Shown here piece by piece: positions 26,746 through 44,335 of a stretch of 64,000 nucleotides of DNA. Numbering within the stretch: the first letter of the stretch is position 1; every line of letters starts with the position of its first letter. The position numbers and the translations under genes are program-made. The stretch is from Eledone cirrhosa (taxonomy: Eukaryota), in the NCBI GenBank assembly GCA_964016885.1, contig OZ024755.1, positions 15,872,001 to 15,936,000 on the forward strand, written 5' to 3'. Below the pieces are notes generated by a model. That model saw only the letters and a list, made by a program, of their open reading frames with translations. It ran no database searches and had not been told where the DNA came from.

Positions 26746-27809
26746 AAAACGCCACCATCCCGCAAAAAACCATAGAGCATAAAGCATCTATCTGTGATTT
26801 TTTCCTGCTGTGCCATGAGTATATTTTTTCTTCTGCAGTTGCTGTTATTGTTATTATTAATACAATTATTATTATTGATGTTGTTGTTGTTGTTGTTTTT
26901 GTTGTTGTTTTTGTTCTTCTTCTTCTTCTTCTTCTTCTTCTTCTTCTTCTTCTTCTTCTTCTTCTTCTTCTTGCAGTTGTTGTAGTTGTTGTATGTTGTT
27001 TTATTTTCAATCATCCTATTGCCATGTAAAACCTCACACATTCAATGTCCTTATCCAGCACCCTTGGCGGTGGTGGTGGTGATGGTAGTGGTGATGGTTG
27101 TGGTGGTAGCGGTGGTGGCGGTAGTGGGTGATGGTAGTGGTGGTGGTGATGATGGTTGTGGTGTTGGTGGTGATGATGGTGGCGGCGGCGGTGGTGGTGG
27201 TGATGGTAGTGGTGATGGTTGTGGTGGTAGCGGTGGTGGAGGTAGTGGGTGATGCTAGTGGTAGTGGTGATGATGATGGTTGTGGTGTTGGTGGTGTCGG
27301 TGGAGCTGCTGCTACTACTGCTGCTGAAGTTTGTGATATTGTTGATGAGTGATGGTGGTACTGATTTTGCGGATGCTGGTAGTGGTGGTGTTGCTACTGT
27401 TGTTTCTGATGCTAATAATGCTGCTGCTGATGCTGATAGCACTGCTGATATTGCTGATGGTGGTGCTATTGTTTTTAACATATGACTATTTCTATATGAT
27501 GGTTAGTATGCAATCATACAAACCAACAAGTTTTTCTCCATTCAGTAAAAATTTGGTCCGGAAATATTTCTCCATTTTGACAGAAGTGGGAATTAATCAG
27601 GTTTGGAGTTTCGAGCTTGGTTTAGTTTGTTTTATTTAGTTTGGTTTGGATTTTTTGGGAGGGTTTTAGGTTTATTTGTTTGTTTGTTTGTTTGTTTATT
27701 TGTTTGCATGTTTGTTTGTTTTGGTGTTTATTTGGTTCGTGTGTTTGGTTGAAAAAATTACATTAGGTTGTTGTAGATGCTGCAGTGTGTTAGTAATATA
27801 TTATTAATG

Positions 27810-27902
<93 letters not shown>

Positions 27903-29159
27903 ATATTGGTGGTAGTTGTAGTATTAGTAGTAATGGTGGCGGTGGTAGTGGCTATGGTGTTCTTGCTATTGCTGATAAAGGTGGTGAAGCTGGTGGTGTT
28001 GTTGCTATTGTTGTTATTGCTGCTGGTGGTAGCTATATCGTTATTGTTTATAATGGTGGTGTTGCTACTGTTTCTAGTGGTGAAGATGGCGGTATTGGTG
28101 CAGTTGTTGATGTTTATGTTGTTGATGTTCTTCTGATTTTGTTCTTGTTATTGTTGTTATTGTGCTGCTGTTGCTATTCTATTGCTGTTGTTGTTACGCT
28201 GTTGATGTTGCTTTTGTGTTGCTTTTGTTGCTGCTGTTGTTGTTGTTATGCTGTTGTTTTTGTTCCTGCAATTATTCAGTTACTGCAGTTGTTGTTATGC
28301 TGGTGTAGTTATTCTGTTACTATTGTCGTTGTTATGCTATTGTTGTTGTGCTTGTTATGCTGTTGCTACTGTTCTTGTTATTACTATAACTAGTGTTATT
28401 GCTGTTGTTGTTTCTGATAGTTTCAATATCTGAAAATTAATTGAATTCAAGACCCTAGCCAGTGTATTGATCTATAGAGTATATATTTCAGCTGTTTAAT
28501 AAATTTCCCATGGCTAGCTGCAATAAAACTGATATCTTTTTGGTGGGGAGTTTTGTTGTTTGTTTTTGTTGTTGCTGTTGTTGTTATTGTTGTTGTTGTT
28601 TTAATTCATTTTAATATATTTTTTTAGATTTTTACTATAATTGTTTTGTTGTTTTTTTTATATATTCCATCCACCAATCACATTTCATTTTATAATTCAT
28701 ACTGAAATATTAGCAGAATCTCCATTACAAACGGATTTGAAAAGCGATTTTGAAAAGTTTCTCTGCTTATATGTTTGTTTGTGTATGTATGTATGTGTGT
28801 GGGGAGTATGTGTGTGTGTGTGTATGTATATGTAAGTGTGTGTGTGTTTTTGTGAATGTGTGTTTGTCACTGTATTTGTATGTGTATGTTTCTGTGTTTC
28901 TTTCTGTTTGTGTCTGTATGTGTATGCATATCTGTGTGTACGTTTTTGTGCATGCGTGTGTGTTTGCGACTGTGTTTGTATGTGTGTTTCTGTGCTTCTT
29001 TGTGTGTGTGTCTATATATGTGTGTGTATGTGTTTGTGCATGTGTATGCTTGTATATGTGTTTGTATGTGTTTTTGTGTGTGTTTTTGCTTGTTTATCTA
29101 CGTGTGTGTGTGTATGAGAAAGAGAAGAGGAGAGAGAGAGAGAAAGAGAAAGAGAGAGA

Positions 29160-29248
<89 letters not shown>

Positions 29249-29411
29249 CATTTCCTAATATTAAAATGTAAATGTGTTGTGTTGAAATTGTATTTAAACG
29301 AATTTAAGATAATAGATTATTCTGCTGGAATGAACATAGATTTTTTTGTGTGTATATCTGATATACTTAAGGATATATATATATGTGTATATTATATATA
29401 TATATATATTG

Positions 29412-29456
<45 letters not shown>

Positions 29457-29477
29457 AATGAATTTGTATCGATATAC

Positions 29478-29534
<57 letters not shown>

Positions 29535-29595
29535 AATGAATTTGTTTCGATATACAATATATATATATACTGTTATACTTTGGGAGGGTCACGAA

Positions 29596-29752
<157 letters not shown>

Positions 29753-30389
29753 CACACACATACACAAACAGACTGCAACTATTGTCAAATATACATCTAA
29801 ATTTACATTTCTAGCAAGTCACCGAACGGATCTCTTACATGATTGTTTAACACGCTAGAAATAGCAACCAAATATCCTTTGGGAATACATATTTATATTT
29901 TCACTTTACGTATTATCAAATCAACATTTCAAACATCCCAGTGAACGAACCTCCACATGGTTAGTTGAGATGCTAGTAATAGCAGGAATACATGTCTAGT
30001 CATTTGACCTATCATCAACACTACATTTCCATAAAGACAAGAAAGGAGGCCTCTACATATCTTTCAGAAATACATATCTATGAAATCACTTTACCAGTCC
30101 TCAAATCTACATTTCCATTGAACCAACGAAGGAACCGCTATCTAGTTATGTTAAATGCTAGAAATAGATGCCAAGTATATTTCAGATATACATATTTTCG
30201 TAGTCACTTCAGCTGTCGTCAAATCTACACTTCTAACAAACCAATGAAGAAACATTGAACTGGTTATTCTACATGCTAAAAATAGCAGCCATATATCCCG
30301 CTAATCTCACTTAAATGAACATTGAACAATATGGTATGGTATGGTCCTGTAACTCATGAAAAGGTCGTAATGGCACTGTAGTGATATAT

Positions 30390-30668
30390 GACGTTTCTTG
30401 GGAGTTTTAAACATGGCGGAGCCTATCTCGTCTCCAGGTCTGAATGCAGCAGATTTCTTCCAGGAAGGGATAGAGAGAGTAAGAGAATGGAAGTGAGGGA
30501 GAGACACAGGAGGAAGAATCGACCCCCAGTACTTGACTGGTAATTTGACAAAAGGATGAAAGACAAAGCTGACCTTGGCAGAATCTGAACTCAGAGAGCA
30601 GAGAGCCAGAACGATTACCGCCAAACATTCTATCCAACGTTCTAACGACTCTGTCAATTCACCGCCTT
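30390..30668 (-). mobile_element. Nin-type SINE with extended 3-prime part
   Basis: GAATCGACCCCCAGTACTTGACTGGTA..TGAACTCAGA. The 3-prime part (GCAGATTTCTT..GAAGG..GATAGAGAGAGT) is shared with 53240-53390. Confidence 0.7.
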
Positions 30669-31213
30669 TGAAAAATATAGTCCTGAATAAAATGTTTTAA
30701 AATATATGGTGGGATGGTCAGGGCTTTCATCATAGGTCGGTTCGATCAGGGCTGACTTGGTGTTAAACAACAACATTGTTGTAAATATTGGTACAACATT
30801 CTACTGATTAAGAAGTTCGATTTGCAATCATGAAGTCTTGGGTTCGATCCAACTGCATGGCATTTTGATCAAACTGTCTTAACTATAACTTTCGGTCGTT
30901 CCAAGACTTATGAGTGAAACTGGGTAGACGAAAACTACATGGAAGCCCGTCTCTTTCCTTCTGTCTTTCACTCCCTCTCTCTCCCTCTCTGTCTTACTCT
31001 CTCACTCTCTTTCTTATGTATTGATTGCTCTCTCTCTCTATCTATCTATCTCTAATACATTTTCGCTATTTAGTCGATCATATCGACCTTTGTAATTATT
31101 TTTAAAAGTCTGTTATTTATTGTATTGATCATATTTTATCGAACCGGTACATTATGGGCCATAAACAAAGACAAACATAAACACACACAAATATATGCAG
31201 ACACATACACTTA

Positions 31214-31288
<75 letters not shown>

Positions 31289-31319
31289 CAATTTCTATCT
31301 ACCAATTTTCACTCACAGG

Positions 31320-31435
31320 GCATTGATCAGCCTGACGCTATAGTAGAAGAAGACACTTGCCCAAGATGCCACGTAGTGAGACTGAACTCGAAACCATGTG
31401 GTTACGGAGCGAACTTCTTAACCACACAGCCATCT
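31320..31435 (-). mobile_element. tRNA-derived SINE head
   Basis: GACACTTGCCCAAGATGCCACG..GACTGAACTCGAAACCATGTGGTT..CTTAACCACACAGCC. Confidence 0.7.
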
Positions 31436-33539
31436 CTGTATCCCTTTGCCTATCCTTATATACGGTTTGCTTTAAGAAAGAAAAAAAGACAAAAAGAAAT
31501 AAGCTGATTGTCAGACTAAGCCAAAGACATTATGCTTCCATTGATCTTTGCATTGCTGATACAGTTTGCCGGTCATAACTCCTAACATCAGGAGTCAATA
31601 TTTGAATTCAGAATGCACAGAACTAGAATAGATACTGCACGTCATCCCGTCCGATTCTTTAACAATTCCACTAATCTACTACCTCTGGGCTGGTACTTTA
31701 TTTATGGACGACGAAAGAAAGTTTTGAACACAGCTGATTTTCTTTTTCGGAGAAGGAAAGAATGAGTGAGAGAAAAGAAGTGAGAAAGAAATATAGAAAG
31801 ATCAATGCTAGTACTGAATGCTAGTATCGATTTCGAAAGGAAGAAAGTTAACGTTGACCTTGGCGGGATTTGAACTCGGAGAGTGGAGAGTCGAAATAAA
31901 TACCAGGGCATTAAATCAGACACTCTAATGACTCTGTCAATTCACCACATTATCATGGGAATACAGAGCTGGCATCTCAACGATATATTATTATGGGTTA
32001 GAGAATAACATATGAAGTAGAAGAGCATCTTAATATAAAATGATCAGTTAGCCGCAGTCAGTAGGTGATGCTTGGTTTCACATTTGACTGTTATCTGACG
32101 CTGATTGGAATATATCTATATATATATATATATATGATTCATGATATATCTTCATAACCTAGGTCTTCTTTTTTTGTGTGAGGAATATAAATATGAGTCT
32201 TCCGTGATATGATATATGGTATATATGATAGATTGGACAAATAAAAAGCAGAGTAATATTTATAGCCAATACTCAACCCAACAGCTATATATCATGAGGT
32301 AAATTCTCTAGTTATTCACTCACTTAAGATTCTATAAACAGTTTCAGCCTTGAACACTGATTTAGTTTTGAGTTTCTAGGATTCTGTCAAAAAGAATGAT
32401 ATTAAATCCGCCGAACACATCTAGGAATAATCAAAACTGATTTTGTTGTTGTTGGCTTTTTTACGAAGTAATAGCATATTCACCGATAGTATAAAAATGA
32501 CATAAAAATACAAGAATTTTTGATATTATAAATGGTGTTTTGTAAGATCGATGTTTGAAGTTAGCTTTTTATAAAAATCATTCAATATGATAACTTTTTT
32601 AAAAAGAAACAAACAAATAAATAGATAGATAAAACCAAATGTCATGAACATTAAAATAATGCTCCTGAGAATATCTTTATAAATTTAAAATTAATATGAT
32701 TGAAAAATACGAAAATAAAATAATGTAGATTACTGAAATAGCTTTTGAATATAGCAGTTGGGAATTGTGAAATCAAAGAATGTAGCAATATAAGAATCTT
32801 AGATGTGTTAAAGAAACGAATGTTGCAAGGAGAAAAAGACTAATGTGTAAAAACTATATATCTAACGAATACAAGCAAAACACGTCAGAAAAATTGTTTC
32901 GATTTTCAAAATGGCGGATTGTTGTCGATTGCAAATGGACACTAATCTGGTATTTCATAGTGATGAGAGAAAGACAGGGCAGGACAGGTTAGAAAAGTAG
33001 ACGATGTGTTAAAATGTGTTTGATAGCGATCAATGGATATCAGCAGCAACTACTGTCGCATGCAAATAGCCAAATCCGACAAAAGTCACGTCTTATCCCA
33101 CCTTCCTATTGCTAATCTCTGAGCGTGCATAGAATTGAGTTCCGCCAAACGGAGCTTGGCAGAATATTCAAACCCTTTGTGTCGCCATCGTATCCATTTA
33201 GATCACTACTAACTTTTCACTCATACACATACACACACAAACACACTCATAAACACTCACACCCGCGCATGCATTACCTCCATCGCCACATACAAACTAC
33301 ACATACATATATATTTATGTTATATATATGTATATTTTTCCATCTTTCTCTCTCTCTTTCTATACATATATATATTTATAAATGTGTTTGTGTACACGCG
33401 CATGTCATTACCTCCTCACTCTACTTCCCTTCTTTTGCATCATTCCTCTATATATTTTCTTTCTTCTTCTCACTGACTATCAGTTAATTCTTCAACTGTT
33501 GACATTTTCACAAATTATATTTTTCATCTGTTAATGTAA

Positions 33540-33900
33540 AGGTACGTTGTTCAATGGTTGAGGTGTTAAGATCACGATCATAAGGGCGTGGGTTAGATTT
33601 CCAGACCAGGTGACGCTTTGTGTCCTTGAGCAGTCTACTTCATGTCACGTTGTTCCACTCGACTGGGAAAAAAATGAGTTGTACCGCTGATTCAAAAGAG
33701 TTAGCCATGTCACACACAGGGTTACGCTGAATATTCCTGAGAATTGTATTAGGTGTACAAGTGTCTGCGGAATACTGAGTCACTTGCAGGTTGGCCCTGC
33801 GATGGACTGGTGCCCCGTCCCGGGAGGGGAGAGTCTTGTACTCTCAGTGGCTTAACGCCCATGAAGCTATGATAAACTCCAGGTTCCGTCCAGTTCATAT
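33540..33900 (+). mobile_element. tRNA-derived SINE, second family
   Basis: Homologous to 13200-13533 (GTGTCCTTGAGCA..AATGAGTTGTACC). Confidence 0.7.
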
Positions 33901-34748
33901 AAGTGTGGATAAATTAACGTACAAAAATATATCTAACTCAAACTGATTTCATCTGTTTAGTTGCTCATCTTTACCTCTCACCATCCATGTTCCATACAGC
34001 TTAGATACACATCTACACTAACATTATACACAAACCCTCTTGACCTGCTAGAAATAGCAGACAAAATCTCATTTTTACATAGACATCTACACCAACACAA
34101 ATGTTTGATCTGCTAGAAATAGTAGCTAATGCTCATTCTTACGTATGTGTGTATGTGCCTGTGCTTATGTTTTGTATCCTCTGGCAAATCACAACAGAAA
34201 TATCATGACAGGGAATGGAGTCCCAACAGATGGATTAGCTGATGCAACGTATATCACTGGCTGCAGAACCAGATTTACATTTTGGGGAGGAAGGGGGCAG
34301 GGTAGTTCAGGTTTAGTGGAGCCCTCATATAACAATACACACACACACACACATAAACAAACACGCACACACGCATGCAATGAGATCGAAACTAGAACTA
34401 CTTGGTCGCACTTTGAACTTATCAACCCCATAACCATATCATATTTGATATAGTTCTCTTTTAAAGGGGAAGTAATCAAAATATTAATCTTAGTTTTTCT
34501 CATCATTTAGCGAATTTTAGATTCTGATGATATTAAAGCTGAAAATGTTGATGTTTATAACTATTTTACTGACTGACATTGGAGAAAAATATTTAAAAAT
34601 ATATGATGGACTAAAACGCTATGAATAAAACATTTTGCAATAGCAGTAAACTTTGTAGTTATACGAGCGATAGATGTGTGTGTGTATGTTTGTTATATTA
34701 AATTATATTCCATAAAACAAGATTAATATTTTACACAGATTCACCCGC

Positions 34749-34786
<38 letters not shown>

Positions 34787-35138
34787 GAGTGTGTATATAC
34801 ATACCCACCTGCTCACTCATATATATGTGAGTGTGTTAGTATTATCTTGTACACCACAACACAGTAAAAATAATATCTTTTAATTATATTTTGTATTATT
34901 ATTATTATCATTGTTATTCAATATTATTATTATTATTGGTGATGGTGTTATCACCATCATCATCATCATCGTTATTCTTATTGTTATAGTTCTTTATATC
35001 ATTATTTTTTTTTTGGGGGGGGGGGGGGTCTTCAAAATAGGAAAGCAATAGTTTTGTCCAATTATTCTAGCTGTTTAAATAACGTCTGAGGACGAGATTA
35101 TCTATAAAAGATTTCAAAATAGAATATAAAACAAACAA

Positions 35139-35195
<57 letters not shown>

Positions 35196-35516
35196 GTATT
35201 TACAACTTCCATTTATACCTAATATATATATATATAGTATATAATATCTGGTTTATTCTCACGAAAGAAATTTAAATATGTAAATTTAATTAATATATAA
35301 CATACTCTTTAAAAGGTTTTCACTTTTATTTTGCGATTCAGTAATACTAAGTGCCTGTTTGAATCTATCTAACACAAGCCCCACATTAACCCTATGCCTC
35401 AGTTTTCAGTCTGAAATGATTGTCAAGGGGATGTTTGATCTTAAAACATATTTGAAATATTTAATTTCACCCGTAAACAATTGTTGTTTGATTTCGTTCG
35501 GGCAGTATACATACAT

Positions 35517-35634
<118 letters not shown>

Positions 35635-35707
35635 TCACGATTTATATATATATATGTTCGCGATTTAAGTTCAAAATCCTTACAATTATGAAAATAATAT
35701 AATTTGT

Positions 35708-35914
35708 AATTGAAATAGAAATATAAGCTTCACCGTAACATTTTGACTAAACTATATAGTCTATGGGACGTATAAACCCAATGAACAGAAAAATATGGCT
35801 ATCTCATGTGTGCTGATACCTATCTTTTTCCGTTCAGTGGGTTTATACGCCCCATTACTAGACTATATTATTGAGTCAAAATGTTACGGCTAAGCTTCTA
35901 TTTCTATTTCAATT
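35708..35914. mobile_element. Fold-back cassette, family E (no canonical HHR core)
   Basis: About 90-bp imperfect inverted arms; single-arm homologue at 40381-40490. Confidence 0.65.
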
Positions 35915-36800
35915 CCAACCAACGCTCGCAGCATTCCAAATATAATTTATATTAAACTTACACAGATTCAATATTTACCCACATTTACTGCTTTGACAGC
36001 TTTCTTTTCAAGCTATGGATGCATTTACAACCAATGAAGTGTCAGCAAATTAGTAAATATTGGAAGGACTGTTAGAAATCGAAACTGAATGGCTGGCTCA
36101 GTTAACAAAGATCATTTATAAATACTCGCTTCCTATTAAATCTTATCATGTTTGTCAAAGGGATGTGATTACAATCGAACTACTTCTTCGTCATCGTCGT
36201 AGTCGTCTTCTTCTTCTTCTTCTTCTTCTTCTTCTTCTTCTTCTTCTTCTTCTTCTTCTTCTTCTTCTTCTTCGTCGTCGTCGTCGTGTTCTTTTTCTTC
36301 TTCTTCTCCTCCGCCTTCTTCTTTTTCGTCGTCGACATCGTCTTCTTCGTCGACGGTCTTGAAACAGCAACATTTTAATCAAAATAAACCACCGCCACCA
36401 CCACCACCACCACCATCGCCACCCTTTTCCTGTTAAATTCCTTGCACTTACATCCACTGACTGGAAATGTATTCAATGTAATCACGTGGTGAAATGAAAC
36501 ATCGATGAAATAAATTAAGTAAATGTTGTGGAATAGGTCTCTTAGCATCTTGAAATGTAGAAATGTCACTAGATGCAACAGAATCGTTTCTAGCTGGTGA
36601 CTAAAGCGAATCGGCAGGCCATGCCGTTTAAACTTAACATCGTTTTGTGTTAAGCGAATTTGTTAAGTTGCCAGCTTGGCCAAACATTGTTTGATCTGCT
36701 GACGTATCTGCTGATCAAGGCTGCAAACAACTTACTATGCCTCATTGATTAGCACTGGGAGATTTCTAATATAAAACTCTCACAAATTTTAGACGTGGAA

Positions 36801-36885
<85 letters not shown>

Positions 36886-37178
36886 ATGTATGTGTGCTTA
36901 TGAATTTATGTATTATGATATGTATGAATCTATGCATCTGCGTATATGTATGTTTGCGAGAATATGTATGCATGTATGTTTGTAAGTATGCACGCATATG
37001 TATGAATATTTGTAAGTGTGTGTATATGTATGTGCTTGTGTGTATGCATCCATATATATGAATACATTTGTAAATACATATACAAAAGTATATGTACGTA
37101 TAAATTTATATGGAGATTTATATCTATAATACGCCTCTCACTGTCTCTCTCTATATATATATGTATATATATATACAG

Positions 37179-37210
<32 letters not shown>

Positions 37211-37239
37211 ATATATACATATATATAAATATATATATG

Positions 37240-38781
<1,542 letters not shown>

Positions 38782-38832
38782 CATTTATATATATATATAC
38801 ATATATATATACATATATACATATATATATAC

Positions 38833-38866
<34 letters not shown>

Positions 38867-38943
38867 GTATATATGTATATATATATTAAATGAGAAGGTT
38901 TATATCTCTCTATATTTGATATATATATATATATATATACATA

Positions 38944-38989
<46 letters not shown>

Positions 38990-39013
38990 TCTGTGTGTGT
39001 CTCTGGCTGTGTG

Positions 39014-39056
<43 letters not shown>

Positions 39057-39083
39057 CTCTGTGTGTGTCTCTGTGTGTGTCTC

Positions 39084-39153
<70 letters not shown>

Positions 39154-39203
39154 TGTGTGTGTGTGTGTCTGTGTGTGTGTCTGTGTGTGTGTGTGTGTGT
39201 GTC

Positions 39204-39248
<45 letters not shown>

Positions 39249-39342
39249 CGACAGCTGAATTTCTTCCTATCACAGTACCATACTTTCCGAATAAATGTTT
39301 ATTTATTTATGCAGTAAATTCAACCCATTTGTTATGAACTCT

Positions 39343-39381
39343 CTGATGAGACTGACGTAACTCTCTGTCGATACTCGAGTC
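39343..39381 (+). ncRNA. Degenerate minimal hammerhead
   Basis: CTGATGA GAC..GTC GATA C TCGA G TC. GAAA is mutated to GATA and stem I is poor. Confidence 0.45.
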
Positions 39382-40212
39382 CGAAAAAGAAATAAATATG
39401 TCTAGTACATACATGTCTATTTGTCTTCCTTGCTTTTCTTTCCAGCAGCCCATCTCTTTCTGGTTTATATATAATTAGTCTTTATTTACACAGCCATACA
39501 TATACACATGCACTAAAACACACTAAAACACATACATATATATTTTATATACACCTTCCCCCACCGCTCGACATTATTTTCATCGCTATTAACTTGGTCT
39601 CTCTGTTGGCAATGCATAGTGGGCACTGATGCTACAAGAAAAGAAGCAGTTTTTGTTGGCCATTATAATAGCACCCTTTTCATGGATCAATCGTACCCTA
39701 CCATAGCCAACCACCCCTATTTTTCCTTTCCACTGCATGTTACCTTTAAAAAGCAATATTATCTCCACAATAAGTAATTTTTTCTAAGGTCAGGCCTTGC
39801 TATAATGTCTTAGAGTTGCTTCGTTGTTGTTATAAGGCTTGGGAGCTCGAGCGCTTTCTAAGCCATTAACACCCTTCAGGAGTAAAGGTCTTTCTTTTGA
39901 CGACGCCCATATATTGTTTTACTTCACTTTCTCTGTGTAAACTCCTTCCCTCCCGGATACAGTTTGGTGTTGGTTCTGATTGCATTGATGATGATGCATT
40001 TATTCCACTAACAAGTATGTTCAAAACACAGAACCCTGCTCATGAAATTAACGTTTAAGTGGCAGAGCATTTTACAGACTCATTTCTCAGGGAGATTCTG
40101 CGTGACCCTGTATCATAAGGATGGCTGTTTTTTGTATGCATTTCATGTATATATAGTATTATGTTTCTATATATGTATGTGCATATGTGTCTGCTTCAGT
40201 CATTATTTTTCA

Positions 40213-40249
<37 letters not shown>

Positions 40250-40487
40250 GCATTTTTCTTTTTCTCTCTCATACCTTTCACTACACACTCAAAACCTGTC
40301 TCACTGTCTCTCCATCAAATTCCCCATCAGTTTCCAATAACATATGACACGTAAGTATGTTTTGAAACAGTGAGCAGGTTTGAAATTAGAAAATAGAATA
40401 GTTTTCACCGTATTTTTGACTAAAGAAATTTTAGTCTGATAATGGGGTTTAGAACCCTTAGATAAATGGAAAAAGATGAGTATTGAC

Positions 40488-40544
<57 letters not shown>

Positions 40545-40547
<3 letters not shown>

Positions 40548-40710
40548 ATTATACCGGTTTAAACTGGTAAGACCATAATTCAGCAGAGTACTCGATATTT
40601 AGGATAGTGGAATGTAAGTGTAGTAAGGAATCAAGGCCCGATGGCTGAGCTCTTGTCGTTTCGACAGCAATATCCAAGCTCGAATTTGCTGCCCAAACGG
40701 CCTTTGGACC
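40545..40710 (-). mobile_element. Family C cassette with HHR-like stems but an eroded core
   Basis: Minus: AAGGCC GTTTG GGCAGCAA..TTGCTGTC GAAA CGAC AAGAGCTCA GCCA TC GGGCCTT. Tail GAGTACTC at 40586. Confidence 0.55.
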
Positions 40711-41741
40711 ATACTCTCCACTCTCTCTCTCTATATATATATATATTTATAGTGTCTGGTGCTTGATCTCGGAAGCATTGAAGGGAAAATTGAGCCAGGC
40801 GGGTTTGAACACCGAATATATAAAAAAGAAAATTGAACTCAGCATAATTTGAACTCGATATAAAAAGCCGAGACAAAGATAGCTTTAAGCTTTAAGCCAC
40901 TGACGTAAATACTGTAATGTAAGTCTGCATTATCCAATGTTTCTCTGCTTTAAAGTAATAGGGAGATTTGGTTACTATTCCTAACAGATCTAGTGACTAA
41001 TTAGAGGTTACCCCCATTGGTTCATCAGTTGTTTCTGTGGGTAAACGTTAGAGAGGAATAGGATCATCCAGGTTAACTTGTCCTAAATATATTATATAAA
41101 GACATAATATCGGGTGCTGATCCTACATCGCAATGAATTATATGACTCACCGCAATGCTGATAAATATCTATCATATCAATCTTATACAACGTTATTTAA
41201 GTTTATCTGATGAAGTTAAGTTACCTCGTTTCAATGTTTTGTATTACTGTTATGTATCTACCTATACTGTACATGTAGCCATGTAGCTACTTATTTATGT
41301 ATCTGCTTATCAATTAATCTCTGTATATATATACAGTATATATATGTATATATATATATATTTATATATATGTGTGTCTCTGTGTGTGTATGTATGTATA
41401 TATGCATGTATGTGTTTGTGTGGTGTATATGTGTATATAAGCAGGGATTAATCGATAAACAGATATATAGATAAACAGATATGGGTGTATATATATGTAT
41501 GTGTGTGTATATATATATATATATGTGTGTGTTTATATTATTTTAATAAATATATATATATACATATATATATACATACATATATATTTACATATATACA
41601 TACATATATATATACATACATATATACATATACGTACATATATATATACATACATATATATTTACATATATATATATTTACATATATATATATTTACATA
41701 TATATATACATATATAATTATATACATACATATATATATAC

Positions 41742-41776
<35 letters not shown>

Positions 41777-42442
41777 AATATATATATACATATATACATA
41801 TGTTTTGGTGTAATGTTAAAGAGAGCGGGGCCAATTGAGGTGAAATAATTGTGCCGTATTGTTGTTATGAGATGCGAGTGAGATTTTTGTAGTGGGCGGA
41901 TAGAACGGGGCCTTGGGTGTACATTAAAGCTGATGCCAACATCATTTGGGCACATGCAGGCACATGCAACCTCTTTCAGTTTTTATTTTACAACCAATAG
42001 AAAAAAATGAAAACGTTTACCGGGAACCCTACTCCCGACCAGGGTCGAACTTCAGACCGGGTTCACCACCGTCTATGATTCATCCAACTAGGCCACCAAG
42101 ACAGCTACAAAAGTATAATGAAAATTGATAATTATAAACCTACTTTCAAAATCAAAGTTTAAAAGATGCGGTGTCGTTCATAGCTTTCCTAGAGCTATTA
42201 GTCATATTTGGGGTCGACTTCTGGTCATTATGGAAAGTATCTGGATTTCGCAAAATACATAATATTATTTATTGGAGAAGGTAAGATATTTTTCCTGAAA
42301 AATTTGATTGCACTGTTTTGTTACCACTTATGTATTTTTCGAAAATGTTATTTATTCATTATAAAAATTAAATCATAACATTCTATATGTAGGTGTCCCC
42401 TTTCATCTCCTGGCAACCAATAATTTTAGACCCAGTCCACCA

Positions 42443-42490
<48 letters not shown>

Positions 42491-42982
42491 ACATACATAT
42501 ATATATATTATGTATTCATTTATTCTTTATCATTAACATTAATATATAAAATAATGATTATAGTTTTTTAGAGGGTGGCCTCAAATATCATATAGGGTGT
42601 CAGCAGGTGAAAGTCTGGGCCTGGAGGGTCCTTTCCTGTTCTTCAGTGCTAGACATATTCTGAACATCAAGGGTCTTTAGTAAAGTCCATTCTGTTTCAA
42701 GCATTCGGGCCAGGTCTCCTATCTAAAGATAGCTCCCGTCCTTCCTTCTTCCCTCCATTCCAACGGCCCCATGAAACAGGTCAGTAATGCTGCCCTTACT
42801 CATATGACTAAGCAATGAAAATAATTATCAACCATACGATCCCTGTTAGCTATTTATCTATATTTTGGATGTATAGATAAATGGCTGAAAAGATGACAAG
42901 ATAAGACAAATACACACATATAAAGAGGAGAATAAATAGATGGTTATATAAATAGACGGAGAAATATAAATACAGATAAATG

Positions 42983-43016
<34 letters not shown>

Positions 43017-43491
43017 GTGATTATAAATATAGGATCAAGACTGAGATACGTGGGAGGAAAACTCGGAAGTTTTGTAATGTGGGGAAAGCTGTATGGAGAA
43101 GAATGGAAGTGAAGCAGACATATTGAAAAGAAATCAACCAAACAAACATACAAACATCAATAAAATGAAAGTGAAGGTAACTTATAGACAAATACAGGAA
43201 AGCAGTTCTATTAGATATTGATTGATGCAATGAAAGACCGAAGAAAGTTAACAAGGTGTAGATAGGCGTTGATGGCAACGACGATGGAGAAGTTGTAGTT
43301 TGATATATGGAATAATGATATAGATAAACAGATATATGCATACACGCACACATAGATACACATGCACACATACGCGCACAAATGCACGCACATATACACA
43401 TGCAGATATATGTATGTATGTATGTTTATGTGTGTGTGTGTGTGTGTGTGTGTTATATTATATTATATATGTATTGTATATAAGTATATAT

Positions 43492-43591
<100 letters not shown>

Positions 43592-44169
43592 TATATATAT
43601 ATATCATACATATATATATATAAATATATATATATATCATACATATATATATGATATATATATATCGAAGATTTGATATTATGATATATGATGAAATAGA
43701 AAATAGAAGTGAAGTTTAATAAGACATCGACAATCGAGGTTAATGTTATGTTTGATTAGATGAATAAAGAAATCGATAAAGGGGGAGGCTGAGAGAGAGT
43801 GAGAGAGAAAACTGGTGAGAGTGCATATGGGAAAAGTAGAGAGAGGAAGTGAGAGTATTGTGGTTATAATACAAATCTATATTAAGACAAACACGCGATG
43901 ACGATGGTAGAAGCCGCAGAATGTGAGCCTTCGAGTTTTATGTTGTTGTTTTATATTCTTTTTCTTGTATATTTACTTGCAAAAAGTTTTCTTCGATACT
44001 GTCCTGAGTTCATATCCTACCTACATGAGCTGACATTTTTTCTTTTATTTTTACAAATCGATAAAATTAGTATTTGTAATCAGTAATCAGTAATCAATTG
44101 CTCTTCCCTACAGAAATTGTAAATCGTTATGATAAATTAATTTGAATATTATATTATCTTTCCGACATA

Positions 44170-44335
44170 TAGTTTCGTCCCTTTATGTTCTGTGTTCAAA
44201 TCCCGCCGAGGTTAGCTTTGTCTTTTATCCTTACGGGGTCGATAAAAATTAAGTATCAGTAACGCACAGGGGTCAATTTAATCGATCTTCCTCTTTCCCA
44301 AAATTGCTGGCCTTGTGTCTAAATCCGAAACCATC
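44170..44335 (+). mobile_element. Nin-type SINE
   Basis: GTTCAAATCCCGCCGAGGTTAGCTTTG..GGGGTCGATAAAA..GGCCTTGTG. Confidence 0.8.

Noticed and set aside
35086-35130. CTGAGGA..AAAA hammerhead-like stretch
   Set aside because: GAAA is absent and stems I and III are not convincing.
39550-40130. Possible decayed non-LTR (R4-like) coding remnant
   Set aside because: Only faint motif resemblance by eye; not supportable without a search.
41207-41240. CTGATGA as a hammerhead core
   Set aside because: There is no downstream GAAA or stem III on the same strand.
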